A stretch of DNA of 64,000 bases from Eledone cirrhosa (lineage: Eukaryota), in NCBI GenBank assembly GCA_964016885.1, contig OZ024743.1, positions 371,504,001 through 371,568,000 on the forward strand, read 5' to 3'. Below are positions 40,883 through 53,100 of the stretch, piece by piece. Numbering within the stretch: the first letter of the stretch is position 1; the number at the start of each line of letters is the position of its first letter. Made by a program: the position numbers and the translations under genes. A model generated the notes under the pieces. That model was not told where the DNA came from, did no database searches, and worked only from the letters and a program-made list of their open reading frames with translations.

Positions 40883-42295
40883 TAGTTAGGGCTAGAAGTA
40901 CCTGGCAACAGAAGTTAAGAGAATATGGAAGTTAAGAGACCAGTAACAAATTTAGAAGTATGATGATTGATGCTGTCATCAGTAAGGAAGAGCAAATAGA
41001 GATATACGATATAGAGGAGCAATGGGAGTTCCTGAAAGATAACTTACTGAAGGCAACAAATGAAATCTGTGGTTGGAGTAGGTCTCTAGGAAGAAGGAGA
41101 GTGAATTAGTAGTGGAATAGTAAGGTAGATGTGACAATTAAGGCCAAAAGACTGGCATGGAAGGAATGGCAAAATGGGGGTAGTAAAGAAGTCTACCAGA
41201 ATGCTAGGAGGGAAGCTAGGTGACAAGTATACCTTGCAAGAAGGGAAATGGAAAATTTAAAATTCAAGCACATTTTGCAATGTGAGGGCCAACGGCGTGA
41301 AGTCTTCAGGATCTCAAGACAGTGAGTCAGAGAAAATTGTGATGTTGATAGAAAGAAATATATCTGTGATGATAAAGGAGTACTCACCCTCACTGATGCT
41401 GAAAAGAAGGTAGCATGGAAGTGCCACTATGAAAGACTGCTAAATGAGGAGAATGAATGTGATGAAGATAGTTTGCCCGAAGTTGACACAACAGAGGGAC
41501 TGGTTGTTCAAGTTAGCAGTAGTATAGTAGGTAAGGCAATCAAGGATATGAAGAGAGACAAAGCAGCTGGACTTTTAAGGATAGTTGCTGAAATTCTGAA
41601 AGCATCTGGATTGATGGGAACACCATGGCTACTCGTATTGTAACCTAAGTAATACAAAATGGTGTCATACCCAATGATCGGCAGAGCATCATCATCGTCA
41701 ATTGCTACAAGAGCAAAGGAGATGCTCTGGACAGAGAAAACTATAGAGGCATTAAGTTGGTTGATCAGGTCATGAAGGTCAAAGAAAGTGTTATAATACA
41801 GCTGACCAGAAACCAAGTTAACCTAGATGAAATGTAGTTTGGATTTGTGCATGGTAAATGTTCCACGGATGCTCTCTTTCTAGTGAGGCAACTGCAGGAG
41901 AAGTACCTAGCTAAAAGTAAACCTCTCTACTTGGCATTTGTTGACTAGGAGAAAGCGTTTGATAGAATCCCATGTTCCATTACCTGGTGGACTCTAAGAA
42001 AACTACGAGTAGCTTGTGGGGGCAGTACAAGCCATGCATAAAGGAACAATCAGTAAGGTTAGAATTAACAATGGCTATAGTGAAGAATTTAGCATGCAGG
42101 TTGGTGTCCATCAGGGTTCCATCCTTAGTCCTCCCCTGCAGGCTATAACAGATGAGTTTAAGACTGGCTGCCCATGGGAACTTCTGTAAGTAGATGATCT
42201 ACCCCTTATAGCTGAAACTATGACAGAATTAGAGAAGAAATTACAAACCTTGAAGCATGGCCTAAAATCAAAAGATCTTAAAGTTAACTTGTTAA

Positions 42296-42515
42296 CCCTT
42301 TAGCGTTTAAAACGGCTGTATCTGACCAGAATTCTCTCACCTCTTTCTGTTCAAACCAGCCATAACCAGTTCCTTATAACCTTACTGATGTTAAGGTATT
42401 GTTGGCAAAATAAGTAACATCAAAATCTCATAGATTCAATATTATGTGAGATTGTTATGTGAGATAAAGCCTTTTATTACAATAGTAAACATAGAGTAAT
42501 GTAAAGGATAAAGGG
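42296..42515. mobile_element. piggyBac-type MITE
   Basis: TTAA|CCCTTTA...TAAAGGG|TTAA. Removing it restores the host RTE sequence KVNL.KTKV. Confidence 0.9.
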
Positions 42516-44224
42516 TTAAAGACTAAAGTCTTAGTATGTGGAAAAAAAAAAGGCCTAGATTCCCTCAGGGAAATGACCTTGCAGGCAAGGAGTAGGTAGA
42601 TATTTCATCCTCTGTCCCAAATGCAAGCTAAGGGTACACAAGAGAACATAGGTTTTATATGTGGCTGATGAACAGATGCAGTAAGTAAGAAGAGCCCACA
42701 TAATACTAGCTCCCTCAAATGCTCTGAGGTCTGTAGAAATAGTCAACTATTTCTGTTACCTAGGTGACCAAATTAGCAGTAGATGAGATTGTTTTGAAAG
42801 TATAGTACCCAGAGTGAGAACGGGATGGAGAAAGTTAAGGGAGCTACTACTGCTGCTAGCTGCAAAATGTTTTCCCCTCAAAATGAAGGGCAGATTGAAT
42901 GATACATGTATATGAATAGCAATGTTGCATGATAGTGAGACCTTTGTGCTGTGTTCAGAAGACCTGCAAAGATTGGAAAGAAATGAAGCCATCATGCTTC
43001 GATGGATGTGTAGTACATGAACGGCAAAACGTAAATAAACAGAGGGAGAAAGCATAAGAGGGAACAGTGCAGTGTGCAGGAGAGGAGATTGCATTGGTAT
43101 GGTCATGTGATGAGTATGAAGGATGACAGCTGTATGAAAAGGTGCAGGGTGGTCAAAGTTGATAGAAGACCAAGGAAGATCTGGGATGAGGTGATCAAAG
43201 TTGACCTTGCACAATTGCATCATTAAAAGGTGATGACACAGGATCAAGATCTTTTGCATTATGCAGTAATACAGTAGACCTGTCTTCCCATGTGCACGGG
43301 TTAAAGCAAACATTCTAGAATGCACTGCTTAACTCCTCCCTCCCCTCATCCATACACCTTCCACACCCTAACACTCCACCCATATCCAAACATGCCACCC
43401 TTCACCCTTCATCCACGCCTTTACACCCTTACCCCCACCCCAGCCTTAATCCACACTGTAAAGTGGTCGTTTTGGTATCATGAGAAAAAGCACCCAGCCC
43501 ACACTGTAACATGGTTCTTATGGTGCCACGATAAAAAGCACTTAACCACACTGTAAAGTGGTCGTGTAGGTGTCGTAACAAAAATCACCCAGTCCACACA
43601 GTAAATGAGGTTGGCATTACGAAGGACATCCAATCATAGAAACAGTTCTGTATGAGTAAGACATGGTCACCTGATCTGCCTTGCCTCAAATAGGACCAAT
43701 CGACTAACCCATTCTATTGTGAAAAATAAACGTTAAATGATGATAATGATGGTGATGATGTATATATATTTCCTTTTTGTATTTGTTTTGCAAGATTTTT
43801 TTATCAGAAAATGTTTGTTGAAACAGATATTGTTGCAATCTAGGAGGATCATACTGTCAATAAAAAAACACATGCATCTATTGGATTTCACTTCAATTTA
43901 TTATGATATTTTCCCAGTCGGTTAGTTTAATAACCAGATGGTTGTTTAGATGTTGATTGCCAAAGCTTTTTTGTCACACATTCTGTGACCGCCTCAGTAA
44001 CTACTTTTGTGCTACTTTGTGTCTACCCTTTGTTCTGTCTTACATCATCTAGTTTTTGTGGGGTGTGTACTTGGGCTGCATATGCGTTATATCTGGGCTT
44101 GTGTGTGTTTTAATTTATTTGTTTATTTATACATTGAGTTATTTATTTCTTTTCTCTCTTTCCTACACTTGTTCTATCTGTGTGTATGGATTATCTTTAA
44201 TGAGATAGTGCTTGTGTGTCTTTA

Positions 44225-46420
44225 TCATGATCATCATTACCAATTAATGTTGTATTTTTCCATGCTTGCATGGGTTAGGCAGGTTGTCCAAGTTATGAAA
44301 CAAGTCTTGCTGAAACAGAACTGTATTTTGACTGGGTTTTTTTTACACCTGGATACCCTTCCTAACATGAACCTCATTTACAGTATGGACGTGGGCGATC
44401 CTGTTATGAGGAGGTTCTGGCCTGTTGGCCACACCATAACCTGCTCAAATGGAACTGTATTTTAGCTGTTTTTTTACAGCTGGATGCACATTAGTGGGAC
44501 CAGGTTTTGGCTGGATTTTTTTTACAGCTGTTGGATGCCCTTCTTAAGCACAGATCATGCTTACAGAGTGGGCTGGACTGAGTTGTTGGCTTGGGTTTTT
44601 TGTCATACGTCGTAGTGCCAAAGGACTCTGTCCTGTGCGCGATCTCCATCGAGAGGTTCAGCTGTGCCAAGTCAATCTTTATCATTTCATCCAACATTTT
44701 CTTAGGTCTTCCTTTTCCAAGGTACCCTAAAACTTTGAATGCCCTGCACCTTTTTATACAGCTGTCATCCTTCATGTACATCACATGCCATACCATCACA
44801 GTTTTCTCTCCTGTATTTGATCCCTCTTATACCCAGTTTCTTTCTCATTTCCTTTATACCTTGCCGTTCATGCACATTACTGTTACACATTCCTCAAAGT
44901 ATGCAAGCTTCATTTCTTTCCAATCTATATTGCCCAGGTTTCGCTTTCATATATCATTGCAGTTTACACACAAGCCTCATACAGCTTGACTTTTATCTTG
45001 AGGTAGAAACCTTTTGTAGCTAGCAGTGGTAGCAGCTCCCTGAACCTTTTCCATCCCATCCTTACTCTGGCAACTGTACTTTCTGAGATCACACCTCCAC
45101 TGTTGATTTGGCTTCCCTGGTAGCAGAAACTATCAACTGGTTCTACAGAGTCCTCTGTGCATTTAAAAGAGCTTGTTTCCTGAGGGTTTTTGCTTACTGC
45201 TCTTGTACCACATCCACATATGAAATCTTTGTTCTTTGCTAGCTTGCCTGAGTTCCTGCTACATTTCTTGTATACTCATAATTTGCATTTGGGACACAGG
45301 ATGGCATTTCTACCTACTCCTTTCCTGCACTCTGAGCCATTTCTTTGAGGGGATAAGGGCCCGGTTTCTACTCACTAGGATTTTGGTCTTTGCCAAGTTG
45401 ACTTTAAAGCCTTTTGTTTCCAAGCTATGCTTCCATGTCTGAAATTTCTTCTCTAAATTCTGTCATAGATTCAGCTATGAGGGTCAGATCATCAGCATAT
45501 AAGACCATGAGCAACCAGTCTTAAATTCCTGTTATAGCCTGTAGGACAATAATGAACAAGAGGGGTCTAAGAACAGAGCCCTTGTGAACCCACACTTGCA
45601 CACTAAATTCCTCACTATACTCATTGTTAACTTCGACTTTGCTGGTGGTCCTTCTGTACATGGATTGTATTGCCCTCACAAGCCACTCACCTACCCCTAG
45701 TTTTCTGAGGGTCCACCAGATTATGAACTGGGGGACTCTGCCAAATGTTTTCTCTAGATCCATGAATGTTAAGTAGAAGGTCTAGCTTTTATCCAAGTAC
45801 TTCTCCTGCAGTTGCTTCAGAAGGAAGAGGGCCTCTGTGGTGCTTTTTCCCAGCACAAATCCAAACTACATCTATTCTAGGTATATACGATCTCTAACCA
45901 GTTGCGTGATGACTCTTTCTGTAACTTTCATGTCCTGGTCTATCACATTGATGCCTCTGTACTTACTTCTCTCTTGGGCATCTCCTTTTCTCTTATAGCA
46001 GTTGATGCCATTCTGTATTACTTGATTTACGACGTGGATGATTAAGATATACCCTACCATCCCAGATGCTTTCAGCATCTCAGCTGCCTTTCCTGTCTTC
46101 ATATTCTTAATTGCCTAACTTACTATGTTGCTGCTGACTTGTACAGATAGTCCCTCTGTTGGATTCATTTGGTCTTCTTCCTATGCATTCTCCTCATTCA
46201 TCATAATAGCATCTCCATGCAAATTTCTTTTCAGTGTCAGTGAAGACAAGTGTGTCACTGTTGTTATGGATGCACTTCTCCATGATAACATCACGGTTTT
46301 CCCTGACACATTGTCTCACAATCCTGGACACCTCTCGCTTTTGGTCCCTACATTGTGAAACATGCTTAAACTTTTCCTTTTCTGCTTCTCTCCTTGCCAG
46401 TGTCTTTATGTTGTACTTAG
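44225..46420 (-). mobile_element. Degenerate RTE LINE
   Basis: DLEKTFGRVP, WVHKGSVLRP, YADDL, KGRPKK and duplicated 3'UTR modules. Confidence 0.85.
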
Positions 46421-47098
46421 GTACTACATTGTAAAACAATAAGTATTTTTCATCCATCATTCACCCACCTTAAATGAATATGGGTGGCCACTATAACATA
46501 TATAAATGTTTTTTGCTTTTTTTAAACTTACACTTCTTAGTCTTTTCTTTTGCTTTATGAGCCCCTTCAACAACCAGATAGCCTCTGTGGTTGCCATACG
46601 CTTTAGAAATAGCTGTCAAATTTTCCTCAACAAATTATAAAGGCAAGTCACTTACGATCCCCAGTTATGGTTGAACAATTCCTGCAACCATGCAGGAGAT
46701 GAAAAAATTCCAGATTTCTATGTGCGACATTTTGAATCTTATATAGTTTTGTAATTCCTTGTTCAGCACCTGTAGCAGACCGATTCTACATTTCTTGAAT
46801 AGTATTCTTCAATGAGATCCCCACCACAATTTCTGCACAATGTGAAGTCTCAGTCATTATATAACTATGTTTCTTTTAACCTTGGAGTATACATTAATCT
46901 AAACTAGCAACAGCTCGTTAAATTTTTCTCTTCTTGGGAGTCTATTTCACCCCAAAGTGCAATTGTTAGACAAGGTGTGGAGCTATTATCCCCAAGATTA
47001 AATCTTAGCATTCATTAAACAGTAGACAACACAAAACCACTCTTGTAATCTTTACATAATATAAAAGATGTTTGTTGGTTGTTTAGCAGAAAAATAAT

Positions 47099-47260
47099 TG
47101 TTTCTACTTTAGGCACAAGGCCAGAAATTACCCAGTACATTACTGGTACTTTATTTTATCGACCCCGTAACGATGAAAGGCAAAGTTAACCTCGGCGGGA
47201 TTTGAACTCAGACTGTAAAGGGACGTAACCATGCTAGAAAGCATGGTTACGTCCCTTTGC
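47099..47260 (-). mobile_element. SINE copy with TSD
   Basis: Nin core and B box, flanked by agcagaaaaataat on both sides. Confidence 0.85.
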
Positions 47261-47269
47261 AGCAGAAAA

Positions 47270-47900
47270 ATAATATTATGCTATGTTGGCATAATATTAA
47301 TAAGAAAGTTTATTATGCTGTGTTGGCATAATAATAATAAGAGGTATTATATTATAGATGATTGTACACAAGGTATTGAAGTATCAATAAATGTAACAGT
47401 TTGTTATATGTGAGAGAGAAGGCAATGTTAATTGAATTGAGGTTCGGCTCTAAGTCCCAGGACTGTTGCTGCAGTGATAATAACTCTGGAAAGGATCTTT
47501 CCATATCACATTTAAAGGCTATGGCTGTGGAAATAGCATCACAAGACTTCAGGGCATTTTACATATTTTATTTACAACCGGTACAAAATAGAGCTGACAT
47601 GCCAAACAATTAGTAACAAACAAAATTGAGAGTTTTAAGCAGAGGAAGGCATGGTCTACTGGCCGACATGTCGCTGACCAGGCCGAAGTGAAGTTGTTGT
47701 CGTTACATAATGTCTAGTGGTCGAACGTCAAGGATAAAAATGGTGTTTACCTTTCTACGATTAAAGCAGCAATTCTTTTGTGAAAAACAAAAGAGGCAGG
47801 AAAATCTTTGTTTGGGCAGAAATTGAAATATATATCCGTGCGCAGCTTACGGTTGGCCTAACTTAGCCAAATCACGCACGAATAACTTATTAATACACCA
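47270..47900. repeat. ~620-bp unclassified repeat with an inverted homolog at ~55620-56235
   Basis: ctctggaaaggat..ccatatcacatttaaaggctatggct, ctagtggtcga..aaggataaaaatggtgtttacc and aacttagccaaatcacgcacg all match the reverse complement of 55620-56235. Confidence 0.85.
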
Positions 47901-48243
47901 AGCTAGTAGCTTCACTATGGTTGGTTTCTTTGCTCATCACACAAAAACGAAAAGTGACAATTGAAAAGTAAGTACAGCAATGGAATAAGGTATACCCAGG
48001 AAGGTTTATTGATACTAATTTTATAACATCAAAGAAGAAAAACATCCCAGGTATGTAAACCAACCCGACTGCTATTTCTCATAAGGGATTCTCTCTGCGC
48101 ATTTGTTATTAGCGATGATCGTGTTTCGCGGCCAGCGTCTCCAATTCGAACGCTCGTTTACACACACACACACACACATTTATATATAATTATCTATATC
48201 TATATTTACATATAATTATCTGTATCTATATTTACATATAATA

Positions 48244-49218
48244 TAAAAGTCGCCTGAAGTGCTTCAGTGCCACATCAGGCTGGTCGTTGTAGAAGTAGTT
48301 CATAGCAATACAAGCAATGGTCTCCACCTGCATGCTGTCCAGTTCCAGCACCTTACGATAATAGCTTACCGACTCTTCCAGCTGGTTCAGACTTCCATAA
48401 ATTCTGGCAATGCCGACAAGCAGAGTTACCTCCCCTGCAAACCTGCTCAATTCGGTTTTTTACATGTCAAGGACATTGAGAGGTTGGTCAAGTTTGATGT
48501 AAACTTTATTGATGTAGTAGTAAAGATCGTCTGTCTCCTGTTCACTCAATGCCTGCTTCAGGTATACCTCAGCATCACGATACAGACCCATTTTGTAGCA
48601 AACTTAGCATAATGGAAATTTGTTGTCCTTTAAAGCCATCTTTGCAAATCTTGGGACTGTTTGAATGTCGTTCTTGCAGTAGAAAATATATTCAAAGAGA
48701 GACTTGGCCAGCTCTGGACAAAGTGAGTACTTATTTAAATTCAAACATGTCAAATTGATAAAAGCACTACCGTGAGAGGAAACCATAGATGCTGTCCCCA
48801 CCCGGACATACCTAGAAGTTGAGCTGACAGGATGAGCTGTCTGTGCAGTGCAGGCAGTCTGAAGTGTTGACTCCATGACTGGACTGAGTCCCTGGACGAC
48901 CAAACTGTGTCACTGGTCTGATGGCAGAATTTATTCCATCTTGCGTGGATTCCCATAAATTTGTCTGCACTGAAGTACTAGGGCAGACATTCTGAGCAAG
49001 ATTTTCATTTAGAATGCCTTCAGTGATAGTTTCCTCTTCCAGGTCAGCTTCAACATAAACCTGCTGTGTAAGGCCCGTTTCTTCAAAGATCAAGTGGCCT
49101 CGTCATAAGGTGTCTTTTCCAGAATACTAGTACATAATTCCGCGCATTTCTTGAATTTTCTTCGTCTGAAGTTACTTAAAGCATAAAACATCAGGTGCAT
49201 TCTCTCAAAAGGTGACAT
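48244..49218 (-). pseudogene. TTC8: TTC8/BBS8 processed pseudogene, N-terminal two-thirds (inverted segment)
   Basis: M..FYALSNFRRRKFKKCAELCTSILEKTPYDEAT*, AIRPVTQFGRP, RYVRVGTASM, AKSLFEYIFY, FAGEVTLLVGIARIY, YFYNDQPDVALKHFRRLL. These are colinear with BBS8 as recalled, with no introns and several stops and frameshifts. Confidence 0.92.
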
Positions 49219-49297
49219 GTTTAATGTGATGGCTATATATATATATTTAATATATCTGAACTATTCACACGCAAATTCAATCGGCCATATTGTGTAT

Positions 49298-49785
49298 CAG
49301 ACAGGTGTATACAAGTCAGAGTTGTTCTGTAACATGGGCCTGTGCTGTTTCTACACCCAGCAGTTTGACATGTTGATGATATGCTTCAATAAAGCCCTTG
49401 CTTTGGCTGACAACAATCTTGTTCTGGCAGATATTTGGTACAATGTTGGACATGTAGCAATAGGAATTGGAGAACTTGATCTGGCCCACCAGTGCTTCAG
49501 AATGGCCGTGTCCAATAACAACGACCATGCTGAGGCCTACAACAACTTTGGTGTTATTGAGTTGAAAAGGGGACAGTTAGAAATGGCAAGGTCATGTATC
49601 AGTCTGCCTTTGTTCTGGCTCTCCACATGTTCGAACCGTACTACAACTACGCTGCACTCAATAAGAAGCTGGATGATCAGCAAAGTAGTTACAATGCTGT
49701 ACCGAAGGCACTGAAGGTTTTCCCGCAACACACAGAGCCGAAGGAACTGTTACAGCAGCTATGTCAACACTTATCACTTCTTTGA
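49298..49785 (+). pseudogene. TTC8: TTC8/BBS8 processed pseudogene, C-terminal third
   Basis: QTGVYKSELFCNMGLCCFYTQQFDM..ADIWYNVGHVAIGIG..AHQCFRMAVSNNNDHAEAYNN.., a frameshift, then HMFEPYYNYA..FPQH..LLQQLCQHLSLL*. Confidence 0.93.
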
Positions 49786-49795
49786 TGGTTCGAAA

Positions 49796-50060
49796 GCAGC
49801 AGCAGCACCAGTAACAACACGAGCAGCAGCAGTAACAACAACAACAGTACTAGTAGCAACATGAGCAGCAACAACAACAACATAAGCAGCAACAGTGACA
49901 ACACCAGTAGCAGCATAAGCAGCAGCAGCAGCACCAGTAACAACATGAGCAGCAGCAGCAGCAACAACAACAGCAACATGAACAGCATCAATAACTACAC
50001 CAGTAGCAGCAACAACAACAACAACAACAGCCTCAGATATAACAATAGTAGCAACTACAG
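49796..50060. repeat. Degenerate (CAG/CAA)n trinucleotide microsatellite
   Basis: Directly visible. Confidence 0.9.
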
Positions 50061-50179
50061 TATCTGTAATTCAAATGTGTCATGCTGAATCTTCCTGAGA
50101 ACTACCTTAAGAGTTCACATATACTAGACACATATCATATATATATATAAAAAGCACCCAGTCCACACTGTAAAGTGGT

Positions 50180-53100
50180 TGTAACAGAATTCAACTATGT
50201 TTTACTTGGCGAAGATTCAAAACCAAATCTAAAATTTCTCGCCTCTAAAACCACCTACTGTTGGGAGTTGCCACCATTGTCCTGTCAAGAGACGAGACAA
50301 CTATGATAAACGTATATACCACTTGACCTGTGACCACAGTACTTGACAGATGAAACACATGGCTGCTACTAAATCAACCCATATACACATCCTTCTAGCT
50401 ATAGTGTTATTATAAATACAATGGCTTCGAGAAAGGAAGCAGACATAGTGATAACACAAACGAGAGAAGAAAGTTCCACTAACACTATGAAATTTCTCTT
50501 CATGAATACAGTCTTATGTTTACTATGCTCTCACATTTCATACCAGCTTGACAGATTGACCACTACTACAAGAACTATGTATGGTAAGGATAGACACACA
50601 CACACCCAGTAGGTTTCATTATATTGTTCACTTCTACACTTTATCTATTCTTTCGTCTTCCTGTCAATTTTCTACAACTTTTACTATATTGTTTTTGTGA
50701 TACATGCATTTACACTAGTTCGAAGAAGCTAGTAAGAAATTAATGTAGTTTTAATTGCTGTCACGATTTTATTACTCGATATTCAATGTACCAACAAGTG
50801 AATTTTGTTATTGTAAAATAAACATTGTCAACATCACAATTGTGGCATCATTCTTTTTATCATTCATCCTGCAAAGAATGCATCTATTCACTACATAATG
50901 GTGACCCCGAGCTAAAGTAACACAGCCTTCACTTCAACTGTCGACGCTTACAAATCACATTCTTCGCTGAATTGCAAGACTTCACGACTCATCGATGTCT
51001 GTAACGTACGTCTCGTCCACTGCAGGTATGGCAGTTCAGGCAGCAATTATGTTGAGAATACCACCGTTCTGGGTACATGACCTAATACTATGGTTCGCAC
51101 ACTTAGAAGTACAGTTCGCATCAAACCGGATTGTTAGCAAGGCAGCTCGTCTAACTCACGTTACAGGTTCGATGTCTCCGGAGATCATGAACGTTGTCCG
51201 AGATCTGATTTTAGCACCACCCGGCTCTGTGTCATATGACACATTCAAAGCAACACTAATTAAGAGGACGTTGGAGTCGCACCAAAAGAACCTACACCAG
51301 CTCCTTATAGTGGAAGAATTAGGAGACAAAAAGCCGATGCAACGCCTACGGCAAATGAAGCAGCTTCTGGGAGAATATACCCTCCCAGATGAAATTTTTA
51401 AACAACTCTTCCTCCAACGTTTGCCTTCTGCCACACAAGTTGTTCTAACGAATGTGACGCTAGCCGTTCCTTCCACCAATCCTTTCCTTCAGTCCTCCAG
51501 TGCCACAGAGATGCCCGATTTCTGCTCTTTACTGTCACAGCAAACAACACCAAATACAGGCCCTGACGCAACAAATTCAGGCCATGTCACTAGGTAACCC
51601 TTCCCCGCACCGATCTAGTAGTTGAACTCGGCGATTTGGTGGTCGCTCCAGAAGTCCGAGTGCATCCCGTAATTTGCCAAAAATGTGTTGGAAGACGGGC
51701 GCACAAGTGCAGCACTCCATGTTCATTTGTGTCGACGTTGAATCAGGGTGTAACAGAATTCTCCTATAAATTACCCAGCGAAGATTCAAAGCCGAATCTA
51801 AGAATTCTCGCCTCTGGGACCACCCATTATTGGAAATTTCCCACCATTGTCCTGTCAAGAGACAAGTATGATAAACATACATACCACTTGACCTGTGACT
51901 CTAGCTTCTTGACAGATGAAACACACATGGCTACTCATAAATCAACCCATATACACATCCTTCTAACTATAGGGTTATTATAAATACAAGTACTTAGGGA
52001 ATCCACCAGAGGGACACAAAGCAGCAGTCCGTGAAGGTTAACGATGTAGAAGACCTTTTACTCTTTCTCTCTCCTGGCCTCAGGCTCTAACATTTCATAC
52101 CCGCTCGGTAGATCGACCAACTATAGGATAGACAAACACAAACACACACGCAGTAGGTTAACTTATGTTTTTCACTAATCTTTCGTCTTCCTGTTATTTC
52201 ACTCCTATTATATCGTTTGCTGTGATACATGCATTTATGCTAGCTCGAAGAAGCTAGTCAGCAAATAATGTAGTGATAATTGCTGTCACAATGTTATTAC
52301 TCGATATTCGATGTACCAACAAGTGAATATTGTTATTGTAAAATAAACATTTTCAACATCACAATTCTGGCATTATTCTTATCATTCATCCTGAAAAGAA
52401 TACGTTTATCCACTACAAGAGAAACAACACAGCCAGAAACTGAATGCGACGAACGTTTCTGACCCAAATAACCAAGATCACCTGTTTTTCATCCGCGTTT
52501 TCTGGTCGATACCGGTGCTGAAATCAGCATTATCCTGGCAAAAGGAAAGAAACACCAGCCTGGCTCCAAGCGGTGAATCAATCACCAATTCCAACATACG
52601 GGGAACAGTCCCTGACACTGAATTTAGGATTACGCCTCACCTTCCAGTGGGTATTCGTTGTTGCTAAGCTGCCGACCCCAATTTTAGGAGTTGATTTTCT
52701 TCAGCACTTCTCTCTCTTAGTGGACCTAAAACATCGATGACTCGTTGACAGCTCCGCTGGTCACACTGCTCGATATAGTCGCTCGGGCAGCCACAGTCAG
52801 TCCAGTTATTTTACAATTGTCAACAACAACCCGGCACAGCTCTATACTCAAAGAATACCCAGACGTAGCTTGACCAGTATTTAACGCCTGCCCTTTAAAT
52901 CACGGCGTCACCCACCACATCAAAACACACGGCCCACATGTCACTGCACGACCTCGAAGGCTACCACCAGACCGTTTTAAGTCCGTCAAATGAGAATTTC
53001 AACACATGTTGGACCTCGGAATCATACGTCAGTCCAGCAGCAACTGGTCCTCGCCCATAGACTGTGTCCCCAAGAAGTCATCAAATGACTGGCGAATCTG

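Larger units (their letters stand above)
38740..43760 (+). mobile_element. Degenerate near full-length RTE LINE hosting CR1, RTE and MITE insertions
   Basis: Endonuclease start NFRAGTI at ~38910, VGDFNGH at 39770, RT motifs 41700-43150, and a tail atgatgataatgatg at 43738-43760. Confidence 0.85.

Noticed and set aside
48244-49785. Functional TTC8 gene, or two separate TPR genes
   Set aside because: Stops, frameshifts and split orientation; the two halves are contiguous parts of one CDS.
49764-50088. Poly-Leu / poly-Ser-Asn ORFs
   Set aside because: Trinucleotide microsatellite.
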